Below, piece after piece: positions 10,460 through 20,139 of a DNA stretch of 64,000 bases. Position numbers and translations under genes: made by a program. Within the stretch, counting starts at the first letter, position 1, and each line of letters opens with the position of its first letter. Source of the stretch: an uncultured Candidatus Rokubacteria bacterium (GTDB lineage: Bacteria; Methylomirabilota; Methylomirabilia; Rokubacteriales; CSP1-6); the NCBI GenBank assembly GCA_963789955.1, contig CAWBMV010000034.1, positions 128,001 to 192,000 on the forward strand, given 5' to 3'. The notes under the pieces are model-generated. The model worked only from the letters and a program-made list of their open reading frames with translations. It was not told where the DNA came from and made no database searches.

Positions 10460-11368
10460 GTGGGCGCGGGCGACAACCGCGCCCGTTGCGCGAGCCTCCT
10501 GGCGACGGTCCCGCTCTTCCGCCAGCTCAGTCCGGAGCAGCGCGATCTGCTGCTCGACAGCGCGACCGAGCAGAGCTTCGCGCCCGGCCACGTGCTGATT
10601 CGCGAGAGCGACCCGCCCGATCGTCTCTTCGTGATCCTGTCCGGCCGCGTGCGGGTTCTGGAGGTCGCGCCCGACTCGCCGGTGGAGCTGATCGTGGGCG
10701 AGCTCGGCGAGGGCGAGATCCTCGGCGAGCTGAGCGTGCTGCGCAACCAGCCTCGCTCGGCAACGGTCGTGGCGGTCGAGCGCACGCACTGCCTGGTCAT
10801 CCCGCAATCCGAGTTCCTCAAGGTCCTGCAGAACTCCGCGGAGCTGGCGGTCTCGCTGCTGCGGATGCTCGCCGGGCGCCTGTACGAGACCGACCGCCGC
10901 CTCTCGCGCTTCGCCCCCGACCCGGTCACGGGCCTGGCGGGGCGCCGGGCGTTCCACGATCAGTATCGGCGGCTGGCCGCTGTCGCGCGCCGGCGCAAGA
11001 CCGGCGCGCTCCTGCTGGTCGTCGACGTCCTGCAGCTCCGGTCGATCAACGACCGCTTCGGCTACGGCGTGGGCGACGACGTGCTGAGAACCGTCGCCGA
11101 TGCGCTCGTCGAGGCCACCCGGACCACCGATCTGATCGTCCGCCACGGCGGCGACGAGTTCGTCGTGTTCTGCCCCGATGCAGGTGTCGGCGACATCGAC
11201 ACGGTCATCGCGAGGGTCAACGACAAGATCAAGGGGCTCTCGGGCAAGCGCGGTATTCCCGTCACGATCAACTGCAACTTCGGCATCGCCTACGCGCAGG
11301 CACCGCCGGAGAGCGCGGAGGATCTGCTGCGCGAGGCCGACCAGGACATGCTGCGCCGCCGGCGTTAG
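10460..11368 (+). CDS. cNMP-binding domain + diguanylate cyclase (GGDEF)
   Basis: VPLFRQLS, GEILGELSVLRNQPRSATV (phosphate-binding cassette), DPVTGL, INDRFG..VGD, RHGGDEF. Confidence 0.85.
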   Translation: MGAGDNRARCASLLATVPLFRQLSPEQRDLLLDSATEQSFAPGHVLIRESDPPDRLFVILSGRVRVLEVAPDSPVELIVGELGEGEILGELSVLRNQPRSATVVAVERTHCLVIPQSEFLKVLQNSAELAVSLLRMLAGRLYETDRRLSRFAPDPVTGLAGRRAFHDQYRRLAAVARRRKTGALLLVVDVLQLRSINDRFGYGVGDDVLRTVADALVEATRTTDLIVRHGGDEFVVFCPDAGVGDIDTVIARVNDKIKGLSGKRGIPVTINCNFGIAYAQAPPESAEDLLREADQDMLRRRR

Positions 11369-11371
11369 GCG

Positions 11372-12124
11372 CTAGCGCTTCTTCCGGCTCGCGAACTCCC
11401 GGATTCGCTCCCGCGCCGCCGGGCTCGTCCGCAGCGCCGCGGCGTAGCCCTCAGCCTCCCGCCCGTTCCCGCCCGCCCGGATCGCCGCGACGATACGCTT
11501 CGTCGCCTCGAGACCGCCTCGCGGTGAGCGCGCGATGTCCGCGGCCAGGGTCGCGACGCTCGCATCGAGGGTAGGCGGGGCCACCACGCGGTTGACGAGG
11601 CCGATCCGCAGCGCCTCGGTCGCGTGGATGGTGCGGCCGGTGAGGAGCAGGTCGCGGGCGTGACCGCCGGCGACGACGTCGAGCAGGCGCGCGATCCCAT
11701 AGGCCGGCGGAAAGCCGAGCGTGACCTCCGGAAGCCCGAAGCGCGCCCGGTCGGACGCGACGCGAAGGTCTTGCGCGATCGCGAGCATGAGCCCTCCGCC
11801 CAGCGCGAAGCCGTCGACGGCGGCGATTGTCACCTGCGGCAAGGCCGTGAAGCGGCTCATGATCGCCGCGTGACGCCGGGCGAGCGCTTCGGCGTCGTCG
11901 GGGGTGACGCTCTCCATCTCCTTGATGTCGTTGCCGGCACAGAACGCGCGGCCGCGCCCGGCGACCACGAGCACGCCGACGTCGTCCATCGCCGCGACCC
12001 GCTCGAGCGTCTCCTCGAGCGCGGCCGTCAGCCGGCGATTGAGCGCGTTGAGCGCCTCCGGGCGGTTGAGCCGCAGCCAGGCGACGCCGTCTTGCGCCTC
12101 AAGCTCGACGATCGGAGCGTCCAC
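11372..12124 (-). CDS. Enoyl-CoA hydratase/isomerase (crotonase) family
   Basis: LNRPEALNAL, AFCAGND, ALGGG, FGLPEV. Confidence 0.9.
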   Translation of the reverse strand: MDAPIVELEAQDGVAWLRLNRPEALNALNRRLTAALEETLERVAAMDDVGVLVVAGRGRAFCAGNDIKEMESVTPDDAEALARRHAAIMSRFTALPQVTIAAVDGFALGGGLMLAIAQDLRVASDRARFGLPEVTLGFPPAYGIARLLDVVAGGHARDLLLTGRTIHATEALRIGLVNRVVAPPTLDASVATLAADIARSPRGGLEATKRIVAAIRAGGNGREAEGYAAALRTSPAARERIREFASRKKR

Positions 12125-13071
12125 TATCCGTCCGGGTCCGGCCGAGGGCGGCGAGCGTCAGACCGGCCGCCACGCCGAGCGCGATGCCGGCAGTGGCGGT
12201 GACGACGGTGCGGCCAGAAATCCGTTCTGAAGAACGGAAGCATGAAGAACGGCGAACGCCCCGCGCTCGGAGGGATGCGGCCGTCGAGCAGTCCTTCCAC
12301 CATCTGCATCGTCTCGGCCATCAAGACTTCGGAGGCGGCCTTGGCGAACGCCGGATCGGCCAGCGCCGGGTGGCCCACGTAGCCCTGACCGCCGTTGCGC
12401 AGAGGAAAGTTCGGCACGGCGCGCTCCGGGAGCGAGTACCGCGCCGGCGGAAGCGTGCGGTACGACGGATCGACCAGGTCGGGACGGATCAGCAGCATCA
12501 GCGACGTCTCCCACCAGCCGCCGTGCGCGTCCTCCGAGAACGCCTTTCGCTCGTCGTCGGACAGCGGACGCCCGAGCGCGGCCGCGATCTTCTCGACGTA
12601 CCGACCGCGCAGGAACTGCCAGGCGAGATGGCCGGAGAGCGAGGCCATCGTCACGCGGTGTCGGCGCGAGACGATCGCGGAGGCTTCTTCGAGCGCCGTG
12701 AGGTGTCCCGGCCCGCCGTGGCCGTTGGCGACGAGGATGTAGCGGAAGCCCGCGCGCGCGAAGGATCGACCGTAGTCGACGACCGCGTCGCGGACCACGC
12801 GCTGCCGCACGCTCACGGTCCCGACGGCCTCGAACGTGAACGAGCCGAGCGGCAAGGTGGGAGCCAGCAGGGCGGTCCAGCCGGGCCGCGCGGCGGTCAG
12901 GCGCTCGCTCAGGGCCTCGGCGAAGTGGCGGGCGGCGATCGCGTCGACGCCCACCGGCAAGTGCGGCCCGTGCTCCTCGAGCGGGCTCACGGTCAGGACG
13001 ACGACGGTGCGCGCGCGGTCGAGCGCGTCGAGCGCCGGGGTCGACATCTCTTCGAAGAGGCGAACGCTCAA
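12124..13071 (-). CDS. Creatininase/MftE family amidohydrolase
   Basis: EEHGPHLPVGVD, NGHGG, DAHGGWWETS. TTG start overlaps the upstream stop. Probable indel near 12210 with a hydrophobic tail in the alternative frame. Confidence 0.85.
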   Translation of the reverse strand: MSVRLFEEMSTPALDALDRARTVVVLTVSPLEEHGPHLPVGVDAIAARHFAEALSERLTAARPGWTALLAPTLPLGSFTFEAVGTVSVRQRVVRDAVVDYGRSFARAGFRYILVANGHGGPGHLTALEEASAIVSRRHRVTMASLSGHLAWQFLRGRYVEKIAAALGRPLSDDERKAFSEDAHGGWWETSLMLLIRPDLVDPSYRTLPPARYSLPERAVPNFPLRNGGQGYVGHPALADPAFAKAASEVLMAETMQMVEGLLDGRIPPSAGRSPFFMLPFFRTDFWPHRRHRHCRHRARRGGRSDARRPRPDPDG

Positions 13072-14486
13072 AACGAGCTTCCTTTCGTCGCGGTCAGGTA
13101 GTCGTTCTTGGCCCGCTCGAGCTCGGCGATCAGCGCCTGTCGCTCGGTGGTCAGCCGGCGGGCCACGTGCTCGCGCGTCAGCGCCAGCGCGCCGAAGCGC
13201 AGGCGGCTCCGGAGGCGTCCGGCGCCGACCCAGTAGCGGTACGCGATGACGCCGGACAGCGGCACGCTGAGCAGGAAGATGAACCCCACCGCCGGCCCGA
13301 ACAGCCGGGTGACGATCCAGGTCTCGAGCCCCCAGAAGAGCGGCAGCGCGAGCATCGCGGTGAGGAATCGCCACGTCGCGTAGTCGGTCTCCTTGCGCGA
13401 CATGTGGTGCGCCACCCACCGCGGGATCCAGTAGGGCAGGAAGTTCACGATCGCGCCGTAGACGAAGAACGGAAAGCCCGCGATCGCCTCCCAGCCTCGG
13501 CGAATGCGCTGACGGGGCCGCCGCCGCTCGAGCCGCGCGCGTACCGCCTCGTCCTTCACCCGGTATTCGGCCAGCAGCGCGCGGTAGCTCTGAATGCTCT
13601 GCCAGATGCGCTCGACGCGCTCGGGGTCGCGCTGCTTGAAGTAGTTGGTCGAATCCACGATCGCCCGGGACAGCCGGACCAGATCGATCTGCCGCTCCGC
13701 GAGCCCGCGCGTCCTCCCGGAGCTCGCGCACGAGCTGGTCACGGTAGAGCTCCTGCACGGCGTTCACGAGCCGGCTCTCGTCGATGCGCTCGACGTGGAC
13801 GACCTCGGCCTCGATGCCCCACTGGATCGCGTCGGTGAAGGCCTCGACGGTCTTGACCGGATCCCGGCGATAGGCGTCGAGATAGGGCGGCACCGGGATG
13901 GCCGGACCGAAGGACACGAGGACGCGCCCGCGGAAGGATTTCCGCGCATCGAAGTTGAGCCCGACCGGGATCACTCGCAAGGCACCGGGTCGCTCGGCCT
14001 CGTAGCCGAGCGCCAGCCGCGCGGCGCCGGTCTTGATGCGCTGCACGCGGACCTCGGCGTGCGTCGTGCCCTCCGGATAGATCGCGACGAGCCGGCCTTC
14101 GTTGAAGGCCTTGAAGCATGCGTCGAACGTGCCGGCGTTGCGTTCCGCGGTCGTCGCGGGTGCCGCGAGGCTGGCTCCCGCCGCGGGTGGTCGGGGCACG
14201 ACGCTGGATCGTCCTGCTTCCGATAGACGGGGATCGCGCCGCACGCGAGGAGGAAGCGCGCGACGAATCGATTCCTGAACAACGCGGCCGTCGCGAGGTA
14301 GTGGACCTTTCGCGGCAGCGCCCCGCCGACCAGCAACGAATCGATGAAGTTGTTGGGGTGGTTGATGCAAAGGAGCACCGGCCCGTCGGCGGGCACGCGC
14401 TCGGGGTGTCGGACGTCCACCGATCGGAAGAAGAACCAGAGCCAGAAGCGCCCGACCGCGCGCACGGCGCCGTAGAAGCCGTCCAT
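13068..14486 (-). CDS. Lysophospholipid/glycerol-phosphate acyltransferase (PlsC superfamily) with C-terminal membrane region, frameshifted
   Basis: NHPNNFID, GAIPVYRKQD, IYPEGT, IKTGAARL, VIPVGL. Pieces lie in three frames. Confidence 0.8.
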
Positions 14487-14521
14487 CGTGTCGGGCCGCG
14501 CGCCGGTGTCGACGGTCGCGC

Positions 14522-15619
14522 TCACGGAATGCGCGCGAAGCCTTCCATCAGCCGGCGCGCCGTCCGGTACACGGTGACGCGCTCGGCCCACGCGACGCCG
14601 TCGCGCCGGCGCACCGCGGCGTCGATCGGCAGCACGCCGGACGGGTGACCCAGGCGAATCGCGTGCGCGGTATCGCCCGCGCACTCGCGCACGACCGTGC
14701 CCTCCACCCGTGCCGCCACTCCGAGGCACATCGCGACTGTCAGCGCGACCGCGCGATGGCAGTTGCCCATCGAGATGACGCGCGTCACCAGATCCACCGT
14801 GTCGGCGGCGTGGCGAACGCCGTCGAGCGCGGTGAACGCGGTCGCGGGCGCCACCATGGCGATCTTCGGTACGGCGGCGCTGCCCGGAATCTTCATCCGC
14901 TTCGCCGCTTCGACGCGGATCGCTTCGAGCCGGGCCGAGAGGGCACGGTCGGCGTCGATCGCTTGCGGCGTCTCGGTGCCGGCGAGCCCCACGTCCTTCG
15001 CGCGGACGAAGACGACCGGATTCGTCGCGTCCACGAGCGAGGCGTCGAGGCCGTCGATCGTCTCGCGGGCTGTCCCCGTCGGCAGAAGGCGACCGGTCCC
15101 GGCGCCGCCCGGATCCAGGAAATCGAGCGCGATCCGGGCGCCGTGTCCGGCCACGCCGGCCAGCTCGAAGTCGCCGTCGACCAAGGCCTCGCCGTCGCGC
15201 ACGGGCACGTGGGCGACGATGATCTTCTTCGTGTTGGTGTTGTGGATGCGGACGAGCGTCTCGCCCTCGACCGCCTTCACCAGACCCTCGTCGATCGCGA
15301 ACGGCCCGACCGAAGACGAGCAGTTGCCGCAGTTGCCCTTGTAGTCCACGACCGCCTTCGCCACTTCGACCTGCGCGAACGTGTAGTCCACGTCCGCGTC
15401 GGGGTGCGAGGGGGCGCCGATGATGCACGCCTTGGACAGAGACGAGATGCCTCCGCCCATGCCGTCGAGCTGGCGGCCGTAGGGATCGGGGCTCCCGAGC
15501 GCGGCGAGCAAGACGCGGTCGCGCTCGGCGCCGGCCGGCGGAAGATCCGTCTGATGGAACACGAGGCAGCGGCTCGTGCCGCCCCGCATGTAGACCGCGC
15601 GGATCTTCTTCTGGCCCAT
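14522..15619 (-). CDS. prpF: PrpF-family (methyl)aconitate isomerase
   Basis: MRGGTS, GSPDPYGRQLDGMGGGISSLSK, NCGN, HPSG, RTARRLMEG. Confidence 0.9.
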   Translation of the reverse strand: MGQKKIRAVYMRGGTSRCLVFHQTDLPPAGAERDRVLLAALGSPDPYGRQLDGMGGGISSLSKACIIGAPSHPDADVDYTFAQVEVAKAVVDYKGNCGNCSSSVGPFAIDEGLVKAVEGETLVRIHNTNTKKIIVAHVPVRDGEALVDGDFELAGVAGHGARIALDFLDPGGAGTGRLLPTGTARETIDGLDASLVDATNPVVFVRAKDVGLAGTETPQAIDADRALSARLEAIRVEAAKRMKIPGSAAVPKIAMVAPATAFTALDGVRHAADTVDLVTRVISMGNCHRAVALTVAMCLGVAARVEGTVVRECAGDTAHAIRLGHPSGVLPIDAAVRRRDGVAWAERVTVYRTARRLMEGFARIP

Positions 15620-15630
15620 GGACCCTCCCG

Positions 15631-17550
15631 CTATCCTTTCCCGGCCTTCGTGTGGGCCAGGACGCCGCCGGCGAGGAGAATCTCGCGCTCGCGCGTCGTG
15701 AGCACGCACGAGGCGGTGAACACGGCGCCGGTCCGCGCGTTCTCGACGCGCACCCGATCGCCGGCCTCCAGCGCGGCACGCAGGCCGGGCAGGCGGAGGC
15801 GGTCGTCTCGCTCGATGCCGGCCAGGCTCGCCGGGTCATCGAAGACGAGCGGCACCACGCCCCAGTTGATGAGGTTCGTCCGGTGAATCCGCGCGAAGGA
15901 CTTCACGATGACCGCGCGGATGCCGAGGAACATCGGTCCCGTCGCCGCCGCCTCGCGCGACGATCCCTGACCGTACGTCTCGCCGCCCACGATGATGCCG
16001 CGTCCGGCGGCCTTCGCGCGCGCGACGAAGTCCGCGTCGACGTACTTGAAGCAGAACTCCGAGATCGCCGGAATGTTCGAGCGGAAGACGAGCACCGCGG
16101 AGCCGGCCGGCGAGATGTCGTCGGTCGACACCTTGTCGCCGAGCTTGATCACGACCGGCGCCTCGAGCGTCTCGGCCACCGGCTCGCCGAGCGGCACGGG
16201 CTTGATGTTGGGCCCGCGCGGGATCTCGCCGGTGCCGTCGGGCTCGACGAATCCCGCCGTCGACGTCGCGAACCGCGGCGGCAAGGCGACCGGCGACGGC
16301 GTGCCGAGCGTGCGCGGATCCGTGATGACGCCGGTGAGCGCCGAGGCCGCGGCGACGGTCGACGAGCACAGATAGACCGAGTCGTCCTTCACCCCGCTTC
16401 GTCCCGGGAAATTACGGTTGAAGGCGCGCAGGCTCTTCGCGCCGGCCGCCGGCACGTGGCCGATCCCCGCACACGCCCCGCAGCTCGATTCGGAGACGGT
16501 GGCGCCGGCCGCGATGAGGTCGGTGAGCAGGCCTTCGCGCGCCATCGTCTCGAGGATCTTGTGGCTGCCCGGGAACAGCACGAACGACACCGAGGAATGC
16601 ACGCGGCGGCCGCGCACGATGTCCGCCACCGACGCCATGTCGTTCCAGGAGCCGTTCGTGCACGAGCCGACCATCACCTGCTCGACGGCCGTCCCCGCGA
16701 CCTCCTCGATCGGGACGACGCGGTCGGGCGAGCCGGGAAGCGCCACGAGCGGCGTGAGCGCCGCCAGGTCGAGCGTGATCTCGTCGTCGTACGTGGCGTC
16801 GTCGTCGGGCACCGCCGGCTGCCAGTCGTCGGCGCGGCCCAGACGCGTCAGGAACGAGCGCGTGACATCGTCGCTCGGGAAGATGCTGGTCGTCAGCCCG
16901 AGCTCGGCTCCCATGTTGGCGATCGTCATGCGCTGCGTGGCGAGCAAGCTCCGGAGCCCGGGCCCACCGTACTCGAAGATCTTGCCCATCCCGCCCCGGA
17001 CGGTCAGCCGGCGCAAGAGCTCGAGGATCACGTCCTTCGCCGTCACCCAGGGCTGGAGCGCGCCGGTCAGGTGAACGCGCACGATCTGCGGCATCTGGAA
17101 GAAATATGGTCCGCCCCCGAGCGCGACGGCCACGTCGAGACCGCCGGCGCCGATCGCGAGCATGCCGGCCGCGCCGCAGAGCGGCGTGTGGCTGTCGGTG
17201 CCGAGCAGGGTCTGGCCCGGGATCGAGAAGCTCTCCATATGGACCTGATGGCAGATGCCGTTGCCGGGCTTGGAGAAGATCGCGCCGTATTTGCGCGAGA
17301 CGGCCTGCATGTAGCGATGGTCGTCGGAGTTGCGCGAGTCGACCTGGTAGACGTTGTGGTCGGCGTAGCTCACGATGCGCGCGGGCACGGCGCGCGGGAA
17401 GCCCATCGCCTCGAACTGGAGCCAGGACATCGTGCCGTTGGTGTCGGTGAGCAGCACCTGATCGATCGCGATGCCGATTTCCTCGCCGGCGACCGGCTTG
17501 CCGGCGACGAGGTGGTTGTTGATGAGCTTCTGCGCGAGGCTCTTGGGCAT
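15631..17550 (-). CDS. Aconitate hydratase (compact ~640 aa type)
   Basis: DHN, PGNGICHQ, DSHT, GSCTN, CGAC, NRNFPGR, STDDISP, YGQGSSRE, SFARIH. Confidence 0.92.
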   Translation of the reverse strand: MPKSLAQKLINNHLVAGKPVAGEEIGIAIDQVLLTDTNGTMSWLQFEAMGFPRAVPARIVSYADHNVYQVDSRNSDDHRYMQAVSRKYGAIFSKPGNGICHQVHMESFSIPGQTLLGTDSHTPLCGAAGMLAIGAGGLDVAVALGGGPYFFQMPQIVRVHLTGALQPWVTAKDVILELLRRLTVRGGMGKIFEYGGPGLRSLLATQRMTIANMGAELGLTTSIFPSDDVTRSFLTRLGRADDWQPAVPDDDATYDDEITLDLAALTPLVALPGSPDRVVPIEEVAGTAVEQVMVGSCTNGSWNDMASVADIVRGRRVHSSVSFVLFPGSHKILETMAREGLLTDLIAAGATVSESSCGACAGIGHVPAAGAKSLRAFNRNFPGRSGVKDDSVYLCSSTVAAASALTGVITDPRTLGTPSPVALPPRFATSTAGFVEPDGTGEIPRGPNIKPVPLGEPVAETLEAPVVIKLGDKVSTDDISPAGSAVLVFRSNIPAISEFCFKYVDADFVARAKAAGRGIIVGGETYGQGSSREAAATGPMFLGIRAVIVKSFARIHRTNLINWGVVPLVFDDPASLAGIERDDRLRLPGLRAALEAGDRVRVENARTGAVFTASCVLTTREREILLAGGVLAHTKAGKG

Positions 17551-17557
17551 AGCGGCC

Positions 17558-18693
17558 TTACCGCTTGTCGACCGACACGAACGCGCGGCGCGCCGGGCCG
17601 ATGTAGTCGCCGCGCGGGCGGATCAGGCGGTTGTCGTCGTATTGCTCGATGATGTTCGCCGTCCAGCCCGCGATGCGGCCGGCCGCGATCACCGGCGTGA
17701 AGAGATCGACGGGAATGCCGAGCGAGTAGAAGAGCGGCGCCGAGTAGAAGTCGACGTTCGGGAATCAGCTTCTTCGCCTCGTTGATGCGCGCGTGGAGCT
17801 TCACGGCCATCTCGTACCACTTGAACTGGCCCGACTGCCGGCACGCCTCCTCGGCCATTCCCTTGAGGATCGCGGCGCGCGGGTCGCCCGCCTTGTAGAC
17901 GCGATGACCCATGCCCATGAATCGCCGCTTGTCGGCCATCGCCTTCTCGGTGAACGCGTCGACGTTGGCGACCTCGCCGATCTCCATCAAGGTGCGCATG
18001 ACTGCCTCGCCGGCGCCGCCGTGGAGCGGTCCCTTGAGGGCGCCCGACGCCGCCCGCCACCGCCGAGTGCATGTCGGACTGCGTCGACACGATGCAGCGG
18101 GTCGTGAACGTGGACGCATTCAACTCGTGCTCGGCGTAGAGCGTCAGGCTCGCGTCGATCGCCTTGGCGACGACGCCGCTCGGCCGCTTGCCCGTGAGCA
18201 TGTAGAGGAAGTTGCCGGCGTGCGAGAGATCGGACGCCGGTCGGATCGGGTCTTCGCCGCTCCGCACCCGATGGTGCGCGCAGATCGCCGTCGCCATCTG
18301 GCTCGTGAGCCGGATCGCCTTGCGGATATTTGCGGCGTGGGAATTGTCGGTGGTGTCAGGGTCGCTCATGCCGAGAATGGCGACGGCGGCCTGGAGCACC
18401 CGCATCGGATCCGTTGCCTTCGGCATCAGCCGGAACGCCTGAACGAGGTCGGCGGGGATCTCGCGCGCCGCGATGAGCGCCAGGGTCATCTTGTCGAGCT
18501 GCGCCGCGTTCGGCAGCTCGCCGTACCAGAGCAGGTGGCAGACTTCCTCGAAGCTCGCCCGGCGCGCCAGGTCTTCGATGTCGTAGCCGCCGTAGGCCAG
18601 GCGGCCGTTTCGGCCGTCGAGATCGCAGAGCTTGGTCTCGGCGGCGACGACGCCTTCGAGTCCCCGGATGAGCTGAGTGCCTTCCTTGTCCAT
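17558..18693 (-). CDS. Citrate/2-methylcitrate synthase, frameshifted
   Basis: GLEGVV, YAEHELNASTF, LKGPLHGGA, GMGHRVYK.GDPR, NVDFYS, RLIRPR. Indels near 18050 and 17760. Confidence 0.9.
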
Positions 18694-18795
18694 GATCGCC
18701 TGCCTCGTCACCTTGGATTGCCTGGATGGTAGCAGGATTCTTGGCACCCGCCCACTTGCCGGGCCGGGGTTCAGGCGCCGGTCGCTACCGATCGT

Positions 18796-20115
18796 TCACG
18801 TCTCGACGTGTGCGTTCGGCGAACGCTCGCCGACCGGTGCGCGGGCCTCGCGCAGCTGTCGTGCGAGCGGCGCCCGGAGGCGCCCTGGCGTCACGCGGCG
18901 CACGTGCACCTCGTCGGCGCCGACGAAGACGCCGAGCGAGCTCAGCGCGCCGGCGACCCCGGCGATCGCCTCGTCCCGATCCAGGCGATCGGGTCCTCTC
19001 GGCGGCGTGGCGGCCGTCGCGAACCAGGGCTCGAAGTGCACGTGGCGAACCTCGAGCTTCCGATCGGCGCGGTGGGACTTGGCGTCGACGCGGCCGATGA
19101 GATGACCGTGATGCAGGATCGGAAGCGTGTAGTAGCCGTGCACGCGCTTGGGCCCGGGCGTGTAGACCTCGATGCGGTAGTCGAACCCGAAGAGCCGCGC
19201 GACCCGGTCGCGATGCCACAGCAGCGAGTCGAAGGGCGAGAGCAACGTCGTCCCGCGCGAGGTCGTGGCCGCCCGCCCGACGCGCCCCAGCGCCGGCAGA
19301 TCGCTGGTGAGGACGAGCCATCGCCCCGGCGCGCCCTCGAGCTCGACCTCGGTGACCTCGCCGCGCTCGAGCATCTCGCGCAGCGCGATGCGGCGAGCGC
19401 CGGGCCGGAAGCGAGGGAAGGTGAGATAGCGCGCCAGATCGAGCTCGGTCGCGGCGCCCATGGCGCGGAGCGATCGCTCGAGGTGCCAGCGCTGAAACTC
19501 GACCGTCGTGACCGGCGCGACGCCGAGCGCGTGCGGCATCGCGCGCTCGAGCAGGTCGTAGCGCTTCTGGAAGTGCTGGCGCGAGTGGATCGTGAGCGCC
19601 CCGGTCATCCAGAGATGGTGGAGCGCGTGCTGCACAGGCCGCCACGACCACCAGCCGCCGCGTCCCGGCGGGCGCCGTCCCTCGAAGTCGCCGTTGCCCA
19701 TGGGCCCGTTGGCCTGGACGGCTTCCCGCACCGTCTGCAGCATCTTGCCGTTGCGGCGCAGCCAGCCCGACCAGCCGGTGTGGCGGCTCTTGTAGTCGAG
19801 CATCGCGCGCCGCCACCACGGCAGGTCCGAGGCCGGGACGAGGCACGCGGCGTGCGCCCAGTACTCGAAGAGGAGCCGGCGCCGATAGACCTGGCGGTCG
19901 AGCCACGCCCGGTCGTAGGGGCCGAATCGGCTCCACACCGTCAGGTAGTGGGCGCGGTCGAGAACGTTGATCGAGTCGAGCTGGATCCCGCCGACATCCT
20001 CCACGAACCGGCGCAGGCGCGGCGCCGTCAACGGGGCCGCGTGCGGTCGAGCGAGGTGCTGTCGCTCGAGGAAGAGCCCGGTGACGGCGCGTAACGTAAC
20101 GCGGCGGCGCGGCAT
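18796..20115 (-). CDS. ycaQ: YcaQ/AlkZ (HTH_42) family crosslink-repair DNA glycosylase
   Basis: IQLDSINV (QxD), FEYWAH, LLSPFD, FGFDYRIEVYTP..KR.HGYY. Confidence 0.88.
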   Translation of the reverse strand: MPRRRVTLRAVTGLFLERQHLARPHAAPLTAPRLRRFVEDVGGIQLDSINVLDRAHYLTVWSRFGPYDRAWLDRQVYRRRLLFEYWAHAACLVPASDLPWWRRAMLDYKSRHTGWSGWLRRNGKMLQTVREAVQANGPMGNGDFEGRRPPGRGGWWSWRPVQHALHHLWMTGALTIHSRQHFQKRYDLLERAMPHALGVAPVTTVEFQRWHLERSLRAMGAATELDLARYLTFPRFRPGARRIALREMLERGEVTEVELEGAPGRWLVLTSDLPALGRVGRAATTSRGTTLLSPFDSLLWHRDRVARLFGFDYRIEVYTPGPKRVHGYYTLPILHHGHLIGRVDAKSHRADRKLEVRHVHFEPWFATAATPPRGPDRLDRDEAIAGVAGALSSLGVFVGADEVHVRRVTPGRLRAPLARQLREARAPVGERSPNAHVET

Positions 20116-20139
20116 GCGGCGGAGCTTATCATCGATGTT
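20116..20139. promoter_or_regulatory. Bidirectional -10 pair sharing one TA, each 7 nt from an ATG
   Basis: AGCT-TA-TCAT: plus TATCAT 20127-32 to ATG 20140; minus TAAGCT 20128-23 to ATG 20115. No Shine-Dalgarno on either side. Confidence 0.6.

Noticed and set aside
12124..14370. Apparent 748-aa acyltransferase-creatininase fusion ORF
   Set aside because: Frameshift artefact. The acyltransferase ends at 13068 in another frame with a TTGA overlap.
18796..20115. YcaQ/AlkZ as self-resistance gene for the PKS-NRPS product
   Set aside because: It lies about 24 kb away among housekeeping genes and has the QxD motif of the widespread YcaQ-like group.
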